A stretch of 63,865 bases of DNA, counting the filler, from Octopus bimaculoides (taxonomy: Eukaryota): the NCBI RefSeq assembly GCF_001194135.2. It is 6 parts of 5 records of this genome, joined end to end, with 100 filler letters (N's around TTAATTAATTAA, not from the genome) between each part and the next. Parts side by side here need not be neighbours in the genome. Positions count along the whole stretch, not along the records: positions 37,519 to 40,621 come from NW_026364990.1; positions 40,722 to 59,121 come from NC_068994.1; 4 more parts are not named here. The stretch is one strand, 5' to 3'. Every line of letters begins with the position of its first letter. Position 1 is the first letter of the stretch. The position numbers and the translations under genes were made by a program. Shown one piece after another: positions 39,005-52,406 of this stretch. Under the pieces are notes generated by a model. The model ran no database searches. It had not been told where the DNA came from and saw only the letters and a list, made by a program, of their open reading frames with translations.

Positions 39005-39307
39005 CACAGATGGTTTGATGTGCACTACAACTGTTTCAGACGTGTTCTTTATTGATGAATAACATATTACATTGAGTAATAAAAACAGTTTTCTTGAGAA
39101 TGATTAACAGTAAAATTTAACACTTTCCCTTATGTAACTGAGAGAAAAGTGTCCATACGCAGTATTTGGTATTTGCATGAAAAATCATAAATGTTAAATT
39201 TTGCGTTAAAGTCACCTAAAGAAAATGGTTTTTATATGATGTGATTGTTTTGTTCATCAATAACCAGCACATCTGAAACAGCTGTAGTGAATCTCAGCCC
39301 ATCTGTG
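39005..39307. mobile_element. Second fold-back element with degenerate HHR in each arm
   Basis: ~55-bp imperfect inverted ends CACAGATGG..CACTACAACTGTTTCAGA..TTATTGATGAA; plus-strand TCAC-CTAAAGA-AAATG..CATCT-GAAAC-AGCT-GTA^GTGA at 39212-39290. Confidence 0.7.
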
Positions 39308-39441
39308 TTATTTATACTTTATCACACTTAGAACCTTCCTTGCATTAGATCTTGAGCCAACAGTAGACCATGTTATACGTGCCGGAGTATATACCGGTGT
39401 GACTTTAAATATACGATCTAACGAATCCTGAAAATTTGAAA

Positions 39442-39520
<79 letters not shown>

Positions 39521-40721
39521 TTATATATATATATATATTTGCACATACATATGTGTGTGCTTGTGTGTAAATATACACTTATCTACACATGTATACATAT
39601 ACATATATGTGTGTATGTGTTAGTGTGTGTGCGAGTGCGTGTGTGTGTGTGTGTGAGTGTGTGTGTGTTTATACATAGATGAACACACGGACCACACATA
39701 TATTTTGCATACACGTTGTTATGCATTCGGATTTAGATTACGCTTTGTGTTTTGCATATATTGCTGAAATAACATGCTGCTGTTATCGTATTTGAATCTC
39801 AAATATATTCATTTTTCTACGATCACATGTCATTATGCTTTTTCACTAATGATGTTCTTTCCGTAAAGAAAGCACTATATACATTGATTCCATCAATTTG
39901 TATCTTCATGAAATTGGATCACCTATGTGCCGGAAATTATTTCTGAATCTTATAAATTGACCAATATCATGTATTGAATAATTCTATCGTCTATGCAAGT
40001 TTAATAATTTTCTACCTACTAATGATTATATCTAAACATAAAATTAAATTAGTACAAGCTTCCAACGAACATTTTAGGTTTTTTGTTACAAATAAAATAT
40101 TTTTTTCTAATATCGTGACCGTTAGAATTAATATAATTTTCATGCGCTTTTATACGTTGTCAATTATGTTGACATATATATCTTTATATTGTCTGATTAA
40201 TATTGAGATATTGCTTATATATAAAGTCATGAAATATGATGCATACATTGTGATCATGTGTAAATACATTTAAAACAAATTATTTATCACTCTATTCTAG
40301 AACTATAAATGATTATGTCTCCCTCTCAAAAATTATTTCTCAAAGAGAATGCAATACGCATCGATTTCATTTATTTGTATTGTTATGAAATTGGTTGTAT
40401 TCTGAGTTCGTTTACACCACATCTTTACGACTACTTTTAAAAATGAACCTAAAGCACTATAAGATTTATTTCAAGTTATACCTTTTGCCATACACCAGGT
40501 CGAGTCAAAAGTTTTCGGATTTTCACTGTCGGACGTTATATCTTTATGTTATATCATTAATTTGATACAACTTTTACGATCATTGCTGTATTGTTTATTC
40601 TTATTTTCATATATAACATATNNNNNNNNNNNNNNNNNNNNNNNNNNNNNNNNNNNNNNNNNNNNTTAATTAATTAANNNNNNNNNNNNNNNNNNNNNNN
40701 NNNNNNNNNNNNNNNNNNNNN

Positions 40722-42710
40722 TATCTTTGCACAGCTTCTAACGCTGGAGATGTACTACGGTGCCAGCTGCTCACTACCAGTGAACAAAGTAATACCCCTT
40801 ATTTTTCGAGCACCATCCGGAGTATTAGAGCAGTTCCAAGCAATGCCGTTTTCTGCAAGTGCTCCACCCTTATTACAGCCCCTTTTTGTTCCATGTACTT
40901 CTAAAGATTTTTACTCACTGTTCCCAGGGCTCCGACAATTATTGGTACTACTACTACCTTTTTTCATCGACCACAACTGCTTAACCTCCCTAGTTAACCT
41001 GTCATATCTATCGACTTTCCTTTCTTCCTTATCGCATACCTTGTTGTCAGCTGGATTGCTATACCTATGATCCAGGATAGTTTGCTTTCTTTCGCAATTA
41101 ACACTATGTCTGGTTTCCTACTCTCTATCTCATAGTCTAACTGAATCATAAAATCCCACAGGTTCTTTGTATTATCATTTTCGATGATGCTTTCAGGTTT
41201 ATGTTCGTACCACTTATTTGCTCTGTCAAGTCCACACTTGTTGCAAAGTGTTCAATGGACAAGCCTTGCTATATTGTCATGACGTCTCTTATACTCTTTC
41301 TGGGCTAGTGACGTATATTGACTGGTAATATGCCATACGGTTTCACAATTTGTCCACAAATTCTGCACTTATCACTTTCTGATGTATTGTCTATTCTGTA
41401 TTTAATGTAATTGGTTCTTAATGCTTGCCCTTGGACAGCACAGATTAGAGTCTCCCTTTCCAGTTTAATCACTTTTAGTCATCCATAGCTATCTTTCTTC
41501 TTTATCTGTCTTATCCCTATATGTTCACATCCCTATGAAATTTTCCATACATTCTTTTCTTTATCCACCTATTTTCAGTTTCATTTATTCTCAAGTCTTT
41601 GAAAAGTGCTTTTTCTTTGCAATCTTTCATCTTACACAAGCCTGACCTTCTTACTTCTAATAATAGTGGTTCTGTGGCGTTTTTTACATACCATGCTATG
41701 TTGTTTTCTTCTGCTCTAATGTTGTGTTCGCATCCAATCATTCCTCTTTCCCTACTTTTTCTTGATACATACAGTCTGTCTGTGTCATTTGTTTGATGGA
41801 GTATCCCATCTTTCTGTCTAAACTGTTTAGTTTGTCTACTGTCCGTGCGATTACTCCTGCTCCATATCTAAGTAGTGAAACTACCCAGGTGTTGATAGCT
41901 TCAATCTTATTCCGTCTGTTTAATTTTGACTTAAGGCTCAGTCTCAGTCTGCGCAAGTACTCCACCTTAAATTTTTCTGTCATTTTTTTCTCTATCAATT
42001 TATCCATTTCCAATATCACCAAGTACTTATAGACCGTCTCTTCTATTTGCTTCATAACCTCTTCTATAGCTTCTATTTGCTTCATAACCTCTTCTTATAG
42101 CCGTCTCTTCTATTTGCTTCATACCGACGGTATTGCTAGCCCGTCCATACATTTAATTTTGCCTCGCTTCAAGACTAACACACCACACTTTTTCAGTCCG
42201 AACTCCATTCTGATATCAGCATTGAAAGTATAACCTCCCCTGACGGTATCGTTGGCCCGTCCATACATTTGATTTTGCCTCTCTTCAAGACTAACACACC
42301 AAACGTTTTTAGTCCAAATTCCATTCTGATATCAGTACCGTATCAACGAGGAAACTGACGTGAGATTCAGGTTTACCATAAAGTTTGAGGTCATCCATGA
42401 AGTGGTTGACTTTTTGTTGGCGGCTTTTGAATACATACCCAGCCTTTGCTTTCTTCAGAATCAGTGTTAGTGGTATCATGCACAGTACAAAGATCGGTGG
42501 GAACAGGCAGTCCCCTTGGAAGATGCCTATCCTGATTTCTATTTCCCTAAACGTCTTCCATATGCTGTCATTCTGTCCTCCACTTCGCCATACTTTTTCC
42601 AAGCAATCGCTCAACATTCGATGCAATACCAAATTGATTCATACATTCCATAATCCAAGAATGCGGAATAATCGAACCATGACATGGCTAAGTTAGTTTC
42701 CCTCCTCTTG
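40722..42710 (-). mobile_element. R4/Dong-type non-LTR retrotransposon, 5'-truncated and decayed (RT, CCHC knuckle, RLE)
   Basis: GIFQGDCLFP, HFMDDLKLYG, EFGLKKCGVL; knuckle CRICG..ETVWHI; YKRRHDNIAR, WDFMIQ..RKPDIVLI. Confidence 0.92.
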
Positions 42711-43209
42711 CACCATGTAAACAAATGAGTGTATGACACGTGTTTATTGTATTTGGGCACGAGGAAAATATGGTCGCATGGGAACCACTGATCTAGCGAT
42801 TAGATGAATGTTTTTAGGCTTACCAAAATCATGCCTTTGTACGAATTCAGACTGGTGTTTGCCAGTGTTTGCCAGTGTTCGCCAATAGTGCTGACTGTGA
42901 AACACGTTTCTCACCATGTAAATAACGAGTGTATGATATATGTTTATTGTACTTGAAGATGTATGCAGGCTTGCTGCATATCCTGTGCATACATTTTAGT
43001 AATGGTGATGTAGCACCCATCAACAGATGTGTAGTGATCGCTATTAAATGGCGTTTTACTGTAAGCACCGAGTATTCCATTATGAGCACCAAGCATTTCA
43101 CCTATAGAGCAGGCCACAGTAAGGTAACCACACAATTTTGTAAGAGTGTTATTTCTACGTACATGATAATACGGTACCTTGACCCACAAATGTTGTCCCG
43201 CTGTTCGTA

Positions 43210-43319
43210 AAATACTAGGGTTGACTTTTATACGGGGTCTATGGAAAATTTCCGATTTCTTGACCCAAAATAGGGGGTCGACTTTTACATGAAAGCGACT
43301 ATTACTCGAGTATATACGG
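43210..43319. mobile_element. Right end of a pogo/Tigger-like element
   Basis: GCGACTATTACTCGAGTATATACGG|TA resembles the 12551 TIR; no partner TIR found. Confidence 0.55.
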
Positions 43320-43554
43320 TATATGCGCGTATATTCTATTTTACTCATATGTCTGTATATTACATTATATTCTAATTTATTTAACTTTATCATATTGTAT
43401 TGTCAATTTCTGTTTTTTTTTTAAAACCGTAAGAATGCATCTAAGAAGTGTATATGTGTGTAAATATATGTATTTTTTATTTTCCTTCCTCTTATAGAAA
43501 TGTGCATGCATGAAGTATATATCTGTGCATATATTAATAGATATATGTATATGC

Positions 43555-43960
43555 AGGCGTGGCTGTGTGGTAAGAAGCTTGCTTCCCAACTATATATTTC
43601 CAGGTTCAATCCCATTGCTTGGCATCTCGGGAACATGTCTTCTACTATAGCCTCGGGCCAACCAAAGCCTTGTGAGCGGATTTGGTAGATGGAAACTGAA
43701 AGAGGCCCGTCGTATATATATATATATATATATATNNNNNNNNNNNNNNNNNNNNNNNNNNNNNNNNNNNNNNNNNNNNNNNNNNNNNNNNNNNNNNNNN
43801 NNNNNNNNNNNNNNNNNNNNNNNNNNNNNNNNNNNNNNNNNNNNNNNNNNNNNNNNNNNNNNNNNNNNNNNNNNNNNNNNNNNNNNNNNNNNNNNNNNNN
43901 NACCATCACTTGACAAACAGTGTTGGTGTGTTTAAGTCCCTGTAACATTAACGGTTCGGC
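43555..43960 (+). mobile_element. SINE family A spanning a gap
   Basis: Head 43555-43735, tail resumes at 43902. Confidence 0.85.
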
Positions 43961-44167
43961 AATAAATTGTAGGTAGTTTTACTCCATCCCTAACCCTATT
44001 CCCGTAGCTTTACCGTAACCCGAACCCCGTACACATACATGTTCTACCATATACCCACCTACAAGGTAGTGTACTTGACTTTATATATATATAACGTATA
44101 TAAAGTCACCACATCTGTCCAGTGCTGCCTCCAGTCAGATTCCCAGATGCTGCATTTCTATCAATGG

Positions 44168-44206
<39 letters not shown>

Positions 44207-45329
44207 GTAATTCTTTAACAAGAATAGTTTCGGTCAGCTAAGTTAATGCTTTTCTGTTTGTCCTTCCCTCCCTCTCTTTCCCCTTGGAAGAATGTAGTAT
44301 TTTATGCTCTTAAAGTGTAAATGCAAATTTAAATTCAGACATATAAAGAGTTGGTCATTGAACCCACACCTCCGTTGCCATTGACCCAAATTCAGTACTT
44401 AAGTTATATTGTCTCTATATCCTATAATTGACTAATGCTTTTAATTTACCTGAAAATATCCAGACCCATCAGAATCAAAGGTGGGGGCTATAAAAATATT
44501 TAAAAGACCACGATTGCATTAGAAGTTAGAAGGTTTATGGGTTTATTATGCAAGATGTTTCATTGATAACTTTGCTACAGAAAATAGGTACTTAAATCTC
44601 CCTACACGTAAAGATACAAGCTTTCACAGTAATTAAATCTCAAGAGAAATGTTTGCCAGTCATATTTATTTAGATGCGTTCTTAGTTGGAGTTTGCTCAA
44701 AGACTGACAAGAATTTCCATCTGCAAATGCAAATCGATCTGGACTTCAAAGATAAACAATCTTTTAGAATTTTTCAATGGAGACTATGCATTTGTAGCGA
44801 TGCCATTTCTACCGATATTTTAAATCGCCCTCGTTGCGTGTGTTGCTTTAATAAATCAGGTTTGTAGTTAATAGAGCTTAATTCTTAAAGGTGAGTTAAA
44901 ATATGTCCAGTTCTCTCTCGTTCGGTGTATTTCCTTTGCTATGGACACGTCTGTCTCGTTTCGGATTTCTATTCTGACGCATAATGTTATGTTGCTCATA
45001 TTGCATTCTCTCTTGGCAGCATTTAATTTCTTATTCACCTAAGTCTCAACAATATTTCTGTACCTCTAACTGACTTTTCCTCATAGACCGTTTATCTGCC
45101 TGTAATACACAAATTATTCCATTAGCACGAACTTTTCTACACAATTTAATTGACTTGGTAAAATTTGTGAACTCCTGGTTACGTTCATAAACATATTCAG
45201 GCAAATTTAGTATTGATACTGTAAATCAGATCTAAAATTCTGTACATTTGATTTCTCAATTTGCAAACACACCGGTAGTAGGTTAACTAAATACTGTACA
45301 CTAAAGTAGCAAGCATCGTAGAGGCAAGA

Positions 45330-46620
45330 GTATTTGAAAATAATTATCGAGATTGTTGCCACACCCAATAAAGCATAGCTCAACGAGATCATGCAAAGGG
45401 CCGCTGTAGGTTAGATGAAATTTCCGATACTGAGTGTGGAAACCTTTTGAAAATTCTACATTTTCGGTGTAAAGGAAAGAAAAAAAAAACAGAGAAACCA
45501 ATTAGATGCATACATGTACTACACCGCATCTGTTGATATAATCGATATTATGACATGCTGTTTCAGGCAGCATAGAAGAGGATGAGAAAAAGTGTTCAGA
45601 CTATTTCAGTATCGTTGAGACGTCTGGTGTCAGCAGGGCTGAGCAAGTTCCCTCCTACTCACCAATTGATGAGGAGTATGAAACCTAATCAGGGTGCCTT
45701 TCATCAAACTTTATGCAACGCTTTCTGCTGAAGAAAGTGTTCTCTTTGAGTTAGAGAAAAATGTACTCGCGAAGCTTGGTAAAATTGTTGGAGAATGTTT
45801 GGATGGTGCAACAAATATGAAAGATTTCCATTAAGGACTTCTTTGCTTGCCGTATGTCCATTATTATAGGCACTTCCTAATTCTTACTACCAAATACAGT
45901 GATAAATACTGAACCGCTCTATATTATTTTAACTATTCAGAGCCTGTACTACTCTCTAAAGTCCATTTTCAAATGATATTATTTGAATGTACACTTAAAT
46001 CTCAAAATGTAACAAGGTAGGTATGTAGATATGGAGTAAAACTTGTGTTAGGGCTATTACTTCATATTGAAAAGCATTTTTTTAGCTTGACAAATGATGA
46101 AGACCTCAAAATATATACTGATAGTTTACATTATAAGATTTTGACTTTTTAAACGGATTGGTTGTGTCAGAAGTAGTACTACTAAACACAGTCACAGCAA
46201 ATAACTCTAGGGAAATACTATAGACGTTATGAAATCTACAAAACATAGCTAAAACAACTAAGGAAATACCTTCCAGTTTACAGAAAAAAAAAGACAAATT
46301 TTAAATGCAATGAGACATTAAGTGAAACAATCAAAGCGAGAGTTCGATTGCACGCCGTGGTTGATGAATTAGAAACAGAAGTGACACTGGATCTAATTGT
46401 CAAAAACTATATAGTTCTCTCTTATTTCAGCCTGGACAAGGTTATTGTGGAAATGGAATTTCGAGTTAATGATAATGGCCAAGACATATTTTGTTCTACA
46501 TTATCGTCAAATGCATCTCTTGACGCTGAAGAGCACACTCATCTTGCTGCATTAGATTATAATGGTCATCTGATTTTCATAAAAGCAGAAACAAAATAAT
46601 CTACACAAAATTAATTTCAG
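45330..46620 (+). mobile_element. Decayed hAT transposase (Tip100/ZMYM1-like)
   Basis: KCSDYFSIVETSGVSRAEQV (cf. FSIIADETTDVSRKEQ), KIVGECLDGATNM (cf. GQCYDGAANM), YFSLDKVIVEMEFR; multiple stops. Confidence 0.8.
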
Positions 46621-47438
46621 CCCGTTAGTATCCACGAAGTTGAGAGATAACTGCAATTTCACAAATAGGTTAAGAAATGAAGTCCCTCCTCGTAATACCT
46701 GTTTCTAATACTTGTCAGTTGATCGTTAATTTTTTGGTGGTAAATTGCTTAAACACTAAGCTAAGGTTCCACATTAGCAGTTCTTTGACACAACCTGGAG
46801 TGAAAAAAATCCAATGTTTTTCATATCACAGCATAGAAGTAAATAGACATTTCCATTTCAAACCAGGCGGCTTGAAGCTCCTTTCTTCCTGTTTTAGCAC
46901 GATTGCAGGAGTACTAAATAATCTGGTTGTGTTCAGAGCAGCATGGAAATCCCGCACACTGGTTTTCTAAACAAGTATGTTTCTGAATTTATTCAGTGGT
47001 AAAACACCCGAGAATCGTCCTACCATTGCCACTGCTCCACATAAAATCTTACATTGAACAAAACTGGTTTAGTGATAATGATCTGGCCTCCTCCGGTACT
47101 TTCAGGACTTCTACTAAGCACCAAAATTGTATTGCAGCTCAATTTTTTTATGTCTATAGTGACAGACTAACCAACATTGTGAGACACCAAGGCAGTATTT
47201 GTATATCCTGTAAGATATACCATTGTCGCTTAGGATCACGACTTCTTTGATTGGGAAACTCGAAAGATCGAACCGGTATAAGGGCCAGGTGGAAGTATGT
47301 GGTCCGTGATTAAGTGGATAAAAACTTTAGGCCCAGGAAATAATCCTACTTACCAACACTCAATTGTAACAGAGCCAGCACCTTTCTGATGAAAGTGGGT
47401 ATTGCACTAGTCATTTTTTGGAAAAAAACAAATTATAT

Positions 47439-47470
<32 letters not shown>

Positions 47471-47694
47471 AGCTGCTGATGTGTGCTTTTTGTGGTGTGT
47501 ACACATGTGTATGTGTGTGTGTCTGTGTGACCAAATAGTGTGCATGTGTATAGTGCATGTATATGGGCGAAAGTTATCGTTGTCTATGTATGTTGCGTGT
47601 TTATGCGCGTGTGTGTGTGTGTGTGTGAGTGTATATTGTCTGTTTCAGGTATTATGTGCTTGTGTGGGTGGAGGAATATATATTCTTCTCTACT

Positions 47695-47890
47695 TTAGGC
47701 ACAAGGCCCGAAATTTTTGGGGAGGGGACGAATCGATTAGATCGATCCCTGTACGCAACTGGTACTTAATTTATCGACCCCGAAAGGATGAAAGGCAATG
47801 TCGACCTCGGTGGAATTTGAACTCAGAGCGTAAGGACCAAATACTGCAAAGCATTTTGCCCGGCGTGCTAACGTTTCTGCCAGCTCGCCG
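47695..47890 (-). mobile_element. SINE family B inserted in a ~48-bp tandem repeat
   Basis: Reverse-complement match; the unit TATTGTCTGT(T/G)TTCAGGTATTATG occurs once before and twice after. Confidence 0.85.
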
Positions 47891-48339
47891 CTTTTGTGAG
47901 AGTGTATATTGTCTGTGTTCAGGTATTATGTGCTTGTGTGGGTGTGGGAGCATATATTGTCTGTGTTCAGGTATTATGCATTTGTGTAGGTGTGTGCATG
48001 ATGGTGTGGTGTGTGTACTGAGTAAAACAGTGTGTGTGGTTGCTCATATTGTGGTGTGTGGTGACGTTATTGAAGATTGGGCGTGGGTGTGTGGATGATG
48101 GTGTGTGGTATGGGTGCTGAGAAGTGGTCAGTGCTAGTGTGTGTGTGGAGTGGGCAGGTGTTGTGGTTGTTTGTATGTAATGGTGCGTGAAGTGACTGAT
48201 GAGTTGAACAGTGTGTATTGGTGTGTATATAGTGGTGCGTGTGGGTGAGGGTACCGAGGTGGGCGGTATGTAGGTGCATAAGTGGAGGGGCAGTTGAATG
48301 TGGGAAATGAGTGAAAATCTGTGTGGGGCTGGTGTCAGA

Positions 48340-49060
48340 TGAAGAGAGAAAGTGAGTTGAGCCCATGCGATGCAAAAAAACGAAGAGAGAAGATTAATTC
48401 CTGTTCATGGCAAAAAGCCGGAGTCCGGTGGCCCCTGTGCATAGGCAGTTCGAACACAGGCAGATGTTGTAGCAAATGACCAGTAGAGAGGAAATGGCGC
48501 GTGACCGGGGTGTCATTGCCGAGTTTGATGTCTCGGAGGTGCTCCGCGAACCGGTCAGCCAAGCGGCGTTCACTTTGACCAATGTACAGGGAAGGACAGA
48601 GTGAGCAGGAGATGCAGTAAATAACATTACTACAGGTGCAGGAAAAGGAAACGGTGCCTGTGAGGATGGTGGTGGTGGAGGGGTAGGGGCAGGTGCGAAA
48701 GCGTGGGCGGGAGCATGGGAAGGAGCCAAGCTGAGAGATGGGGGTAGGAAGAAACTGTGGACCAAGAGGTCACGCAGGTTATGGGCTCGTTTAAAGGAGG
48801 AAAGGGTAGGGTAGGGAAGGGTAGGGTAGGGAAGGGTAGGTTAGGGAAGGTGTGCAAGGTCGGACTGAAGTTGTCGGAAGGCTCGGAGAATGATGCGTTG
48901 GATGGGTAGGGTGGAGGAGTGGTAGGTGAGCGGAAACGGGAGACGGGTAAAGGTGCGGCGGGAGCGAGGGGAAAAAGCAGAGATTCGGTCCACAGATCGT
49001 GCCCGGGCAAGTGTGGATAATGGTGAAGGGATATCCACGTAGGATGAAGTTACGAGCCTT
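48340..49060 (-). mobile_element. Penelope-like element 3' part (RT thumb plus GIY-YIG)
   Basis: RGYP motif, PLTYHSSTLPIQRIILRAFRQLQSD, LADRFAEHLRDI..PVTRHF..EQELIFSL..HGLN. Confidence 0.85.
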
Positions 49061-49099
49061 AAGTTGAGACTGAGTTTAGTCTCAAAGACAGACTAAACA

Positions 49100-52050
49100 A
49101 AAAAAAACAAACTAAAATATCCTTAAAACGTAAGAAACATATTCCATATAAAAAAACATCCAGCAAAGAAAAACACCTGGACAAAAATGATAATAATAAT
49201 TTCTGGTTTTATATTACCTTATGGCAAGCAGATAAGGACTAATCTTATCCGAATAATTCGTTCAATCATTAATAAACATTTCACTTCTAATAAACAGAGT
49301 ACTATAATTAATAATAAAATAATAAGGATTGGATTTTCGGTAACTGAAAACCTATTTAGATATATATCATCTTTTAATAATGTAAAACTTGGTGCATTTT
49401 ATACAAATAGAAATAATTTCCCTCCAAATGAGAACACAAATAATATCCAAACAAACAAACAAAAATGACAGACATATTATATCTAGACAACACATGAACA
49501 ATACAAACACAATTAACACATCTAATAACTACTTAAATGTTTTTTGCGTTTGTAGGGTTAAAGAAAATGTAAATTTAACTATTATTGTAAACGTAAAAGC
49601 CTAGTATATCAGGCAACTGTTGAAGCGGAAGGTGAATATTTCTGTTATGTCGGAGCAACCGCGTGTTATGTGAAATCTCGACTTGCGAATCATGAGATCT
49701 CCTTTAGAAATGCTAATAAGAGAAATAACACAAGCCTTAGTAAATTTATCTGGAAACTAAAAGATAGCAATATAACTTATGAAATTAAATGAAACATTTT
49801 AAGCAACGCTCAAGCGTACAAACCACCAGCTAAAACTTGTTCACTTTGCCTGGATGGAACACATCTTATTCTCTAAACATAAACTTTTAAATGACAGATC
49901 CGAGAAAATTTCCCAAGCTTACATGTACACAAATATATTTTTTCTAAATATAAATAAATCACTACATATTTTCTCTCAAAATAATAATAATGTATAATAC
50001 ACCTGATATAAATATTCTAATATATTCTATATAGACCTAACAATTCTGATTAAACATACATTCCACTTTAATCACATATTTTATATAAATCCTATCTTTT
50101 AATGTTCCAATCACACAATAAGTATTACCTATATACTCTCTATATATTATTTAGTAACCCACTCTTTATACCATTTCGTATTAGAGATATACTTATAACC
50201 CATATTTTTATTCCCATAATATTATTTAACTCTTTAATATTTAATTTTTAATCTCTAATTAAAAAAAAGTTTAAACTTAATCCCAAATTCTAATCTCAAT
50301 TTATATCAACTTGATACAATAATTTATAATATCCCCTTCAATGTTAATTGCACGCTATATACTTCAATTATATACTCCTCTTATATACTTGATTATACAC
50401 TTATACCATAGCATCAATGACAATTGGGACTCTACATTACCTAAATATTGTAAGCTCAATTACATATATACATAAAATCGCATATATACATATATCTATA
50501 TCATCCACACAATTTATACTCATATTTTCTGTATGCTTCACTCAATTATAATATAAATACATTCCATATAATTATATGTTCCAACACTAACATTACTTAC
50601 CTATTTGATGATATTTCTTTTACTACCACTACACTCTACTATTAAAAATATTTTTACCATCCTCTTATATTCTTGATTATATACTTATACCAGAACATCA
50701 ATAACAATCGAGACTCTACCTGCATCTAAATATTGTAAGCTCACTCACATATGTACATAAAATTGCATGTATACTTATATCTATATTATACACATAATTT
50801 ATACTCATACTTTCAGCATGCTTCGCTTGCAAAACAAATATTATTTTTCTCTATAACTCTCACACCTATTTCTAATTTTCTTTTCATCTGTCAATTAATC
50901 CGAATTCATTCCCACAGAAAAGCGAAGGAAGATAACCCGTTGTTTTTGATTATAAAATTTTTTTTTTTAGAATAAGCAGCAAGGTTTATAAAAAATCTAT
51001 CTAATATTTTTCCTTTATTTTGCACAAATCTTTAAATTTCTTATAGGAGTAAGTATAATATAATTTTTTTTTATCCATCTAATAGTTTTTCTGCATAATC
51101 TAATTTATCTGTTATTGCATTGAAATGCAACATAATACTAATAACAATAATCTTTCTTTAGAATAAGTAACGAAAAATTTTCTTCATAATCGAATGGAAA
51201 ATTTGTATCTTTAAATTTTATTTTACATATATACCCTCCGTTATTAATTGATCTTAACCAGTGAAGATACAAGCCTCTTTACGAGTGAACCTTAATTGAA
51301 TTCCTACTTTAGACTTATCTAAATATACAATATAGCCTAATCCTTCTTAGCCATAAGTTTAAAATATTAAAATCTACATATATTTTTTTTTATATTTCAT
51401 ATTATATATTCCTAATTACTTATTGCTTTTTCTAGCTTCTTTCAATTAACTATAATTTTCATTTCGTTATTCTTTCCCCCCAGCAAATTTATTTCTCTCT
51501 ATATTTTGATTTTTTAAATTTTCTTATCCCTTCCTATTTCTTATCTCCCACTTTTCTCCTTTTTAATTCAATCTATTTACGTAACATCTTCACAATATCT
51601 TACCCCAATTACATAATTCCCCTCACAACCCCTAACCGTCTTTATATTTTCTTAAATGATTACATAATGTCCCTAAAAACACATAACCGTTTATTCTTCA
51701 AATCCCTGATAGCTTTTTTAGAAAGTCTTGATTAGCTAATACTTCTCATTATTACTCCCACGACGTCCTCTCTTACTTTTCTAACAACTTAATGTTTACA
51801 TTACTTAGATACTTAACAAATGAATATGTGGTCCTCATTCATCTTATCTAGTAAGTTTTTTACCACCAACTTGAATTCCTGTGAAAAAAATATAAGCGTT
51901 AGCTTTTTGCAGGAGGCTGCCCTGAAGATATCTGGTCACATTGTGTTATTTTTTACATCTAAAACTCTTAACATGGTTCGATCACTGCGAATCCGAAGCA
52001 CTGTTTGGCTAGTGACCAGATTGAAACATGTGTAGGCACTTTTTATGCTT
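49100..52050 (+). mobile_element. Penelope-like element: GIY-YIG remnant plus ~2-kb AT-rich downstream region ending in an HHR
   Basis: KSLVYQATV..YVGATA..KSRLANHEISF..SLSKFIWKLK..CSLCL at ~49600-49870; ~170-bp diverged direct repeat (50375/50660); HHR at 51918. Assigning the whole span to one element is inference. Confidence 0.7.
51918..52038 (+). ncRNA. Type I hammerhead motif with extended stem II
   Basis: TGCC-CTGAAGA-T-ATCTGGTCAC..GTGACCAGAT-T-GAAAC-ATGT-GTA^GGCA: 4-bp stem I, 10-bp stem II, palindromic ACATGT helix III. Confidence 0.7.
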
Positions 52051-52406
52051 AATTTATGTTAATTTATGTTCATTTAAATTTTATTTGTATTAAAGTATTT
52101 GCTATGTTCTTATTGTAATACAAATGAAATAAGTATCCACAATATTTTTTTCTCAGTTTTCTCATATAAATAAATGTAAACTAAACTGTGTATCACTACA
52201 TATTGAGAGAATTCTCCCAATATATCATTGATAACACCAGTTGATCTCTGGATTTTATAATTCTTAAGGAGGACATTATATCCTCGAATTGACTATATAT
52301 ATATAGTAAATCCCCCAAAAAACGAAGAACAAACACAAAAAACAACAATGCGAGGACGTAGTACATGTAAAGTATTAGCAGACGCTCAAAGAAGAAAAGA
52401 AAGGTG

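Noticed and set aside
39023-39289. CACTA...TAGTG termini suggesting an EnSpm/CACTA MITE
   Set aside because: The inverted repeat extends beyond these bases, there is no 3-bp TSD, and the motif is better explained as the HHR cleavage site plus stem I.
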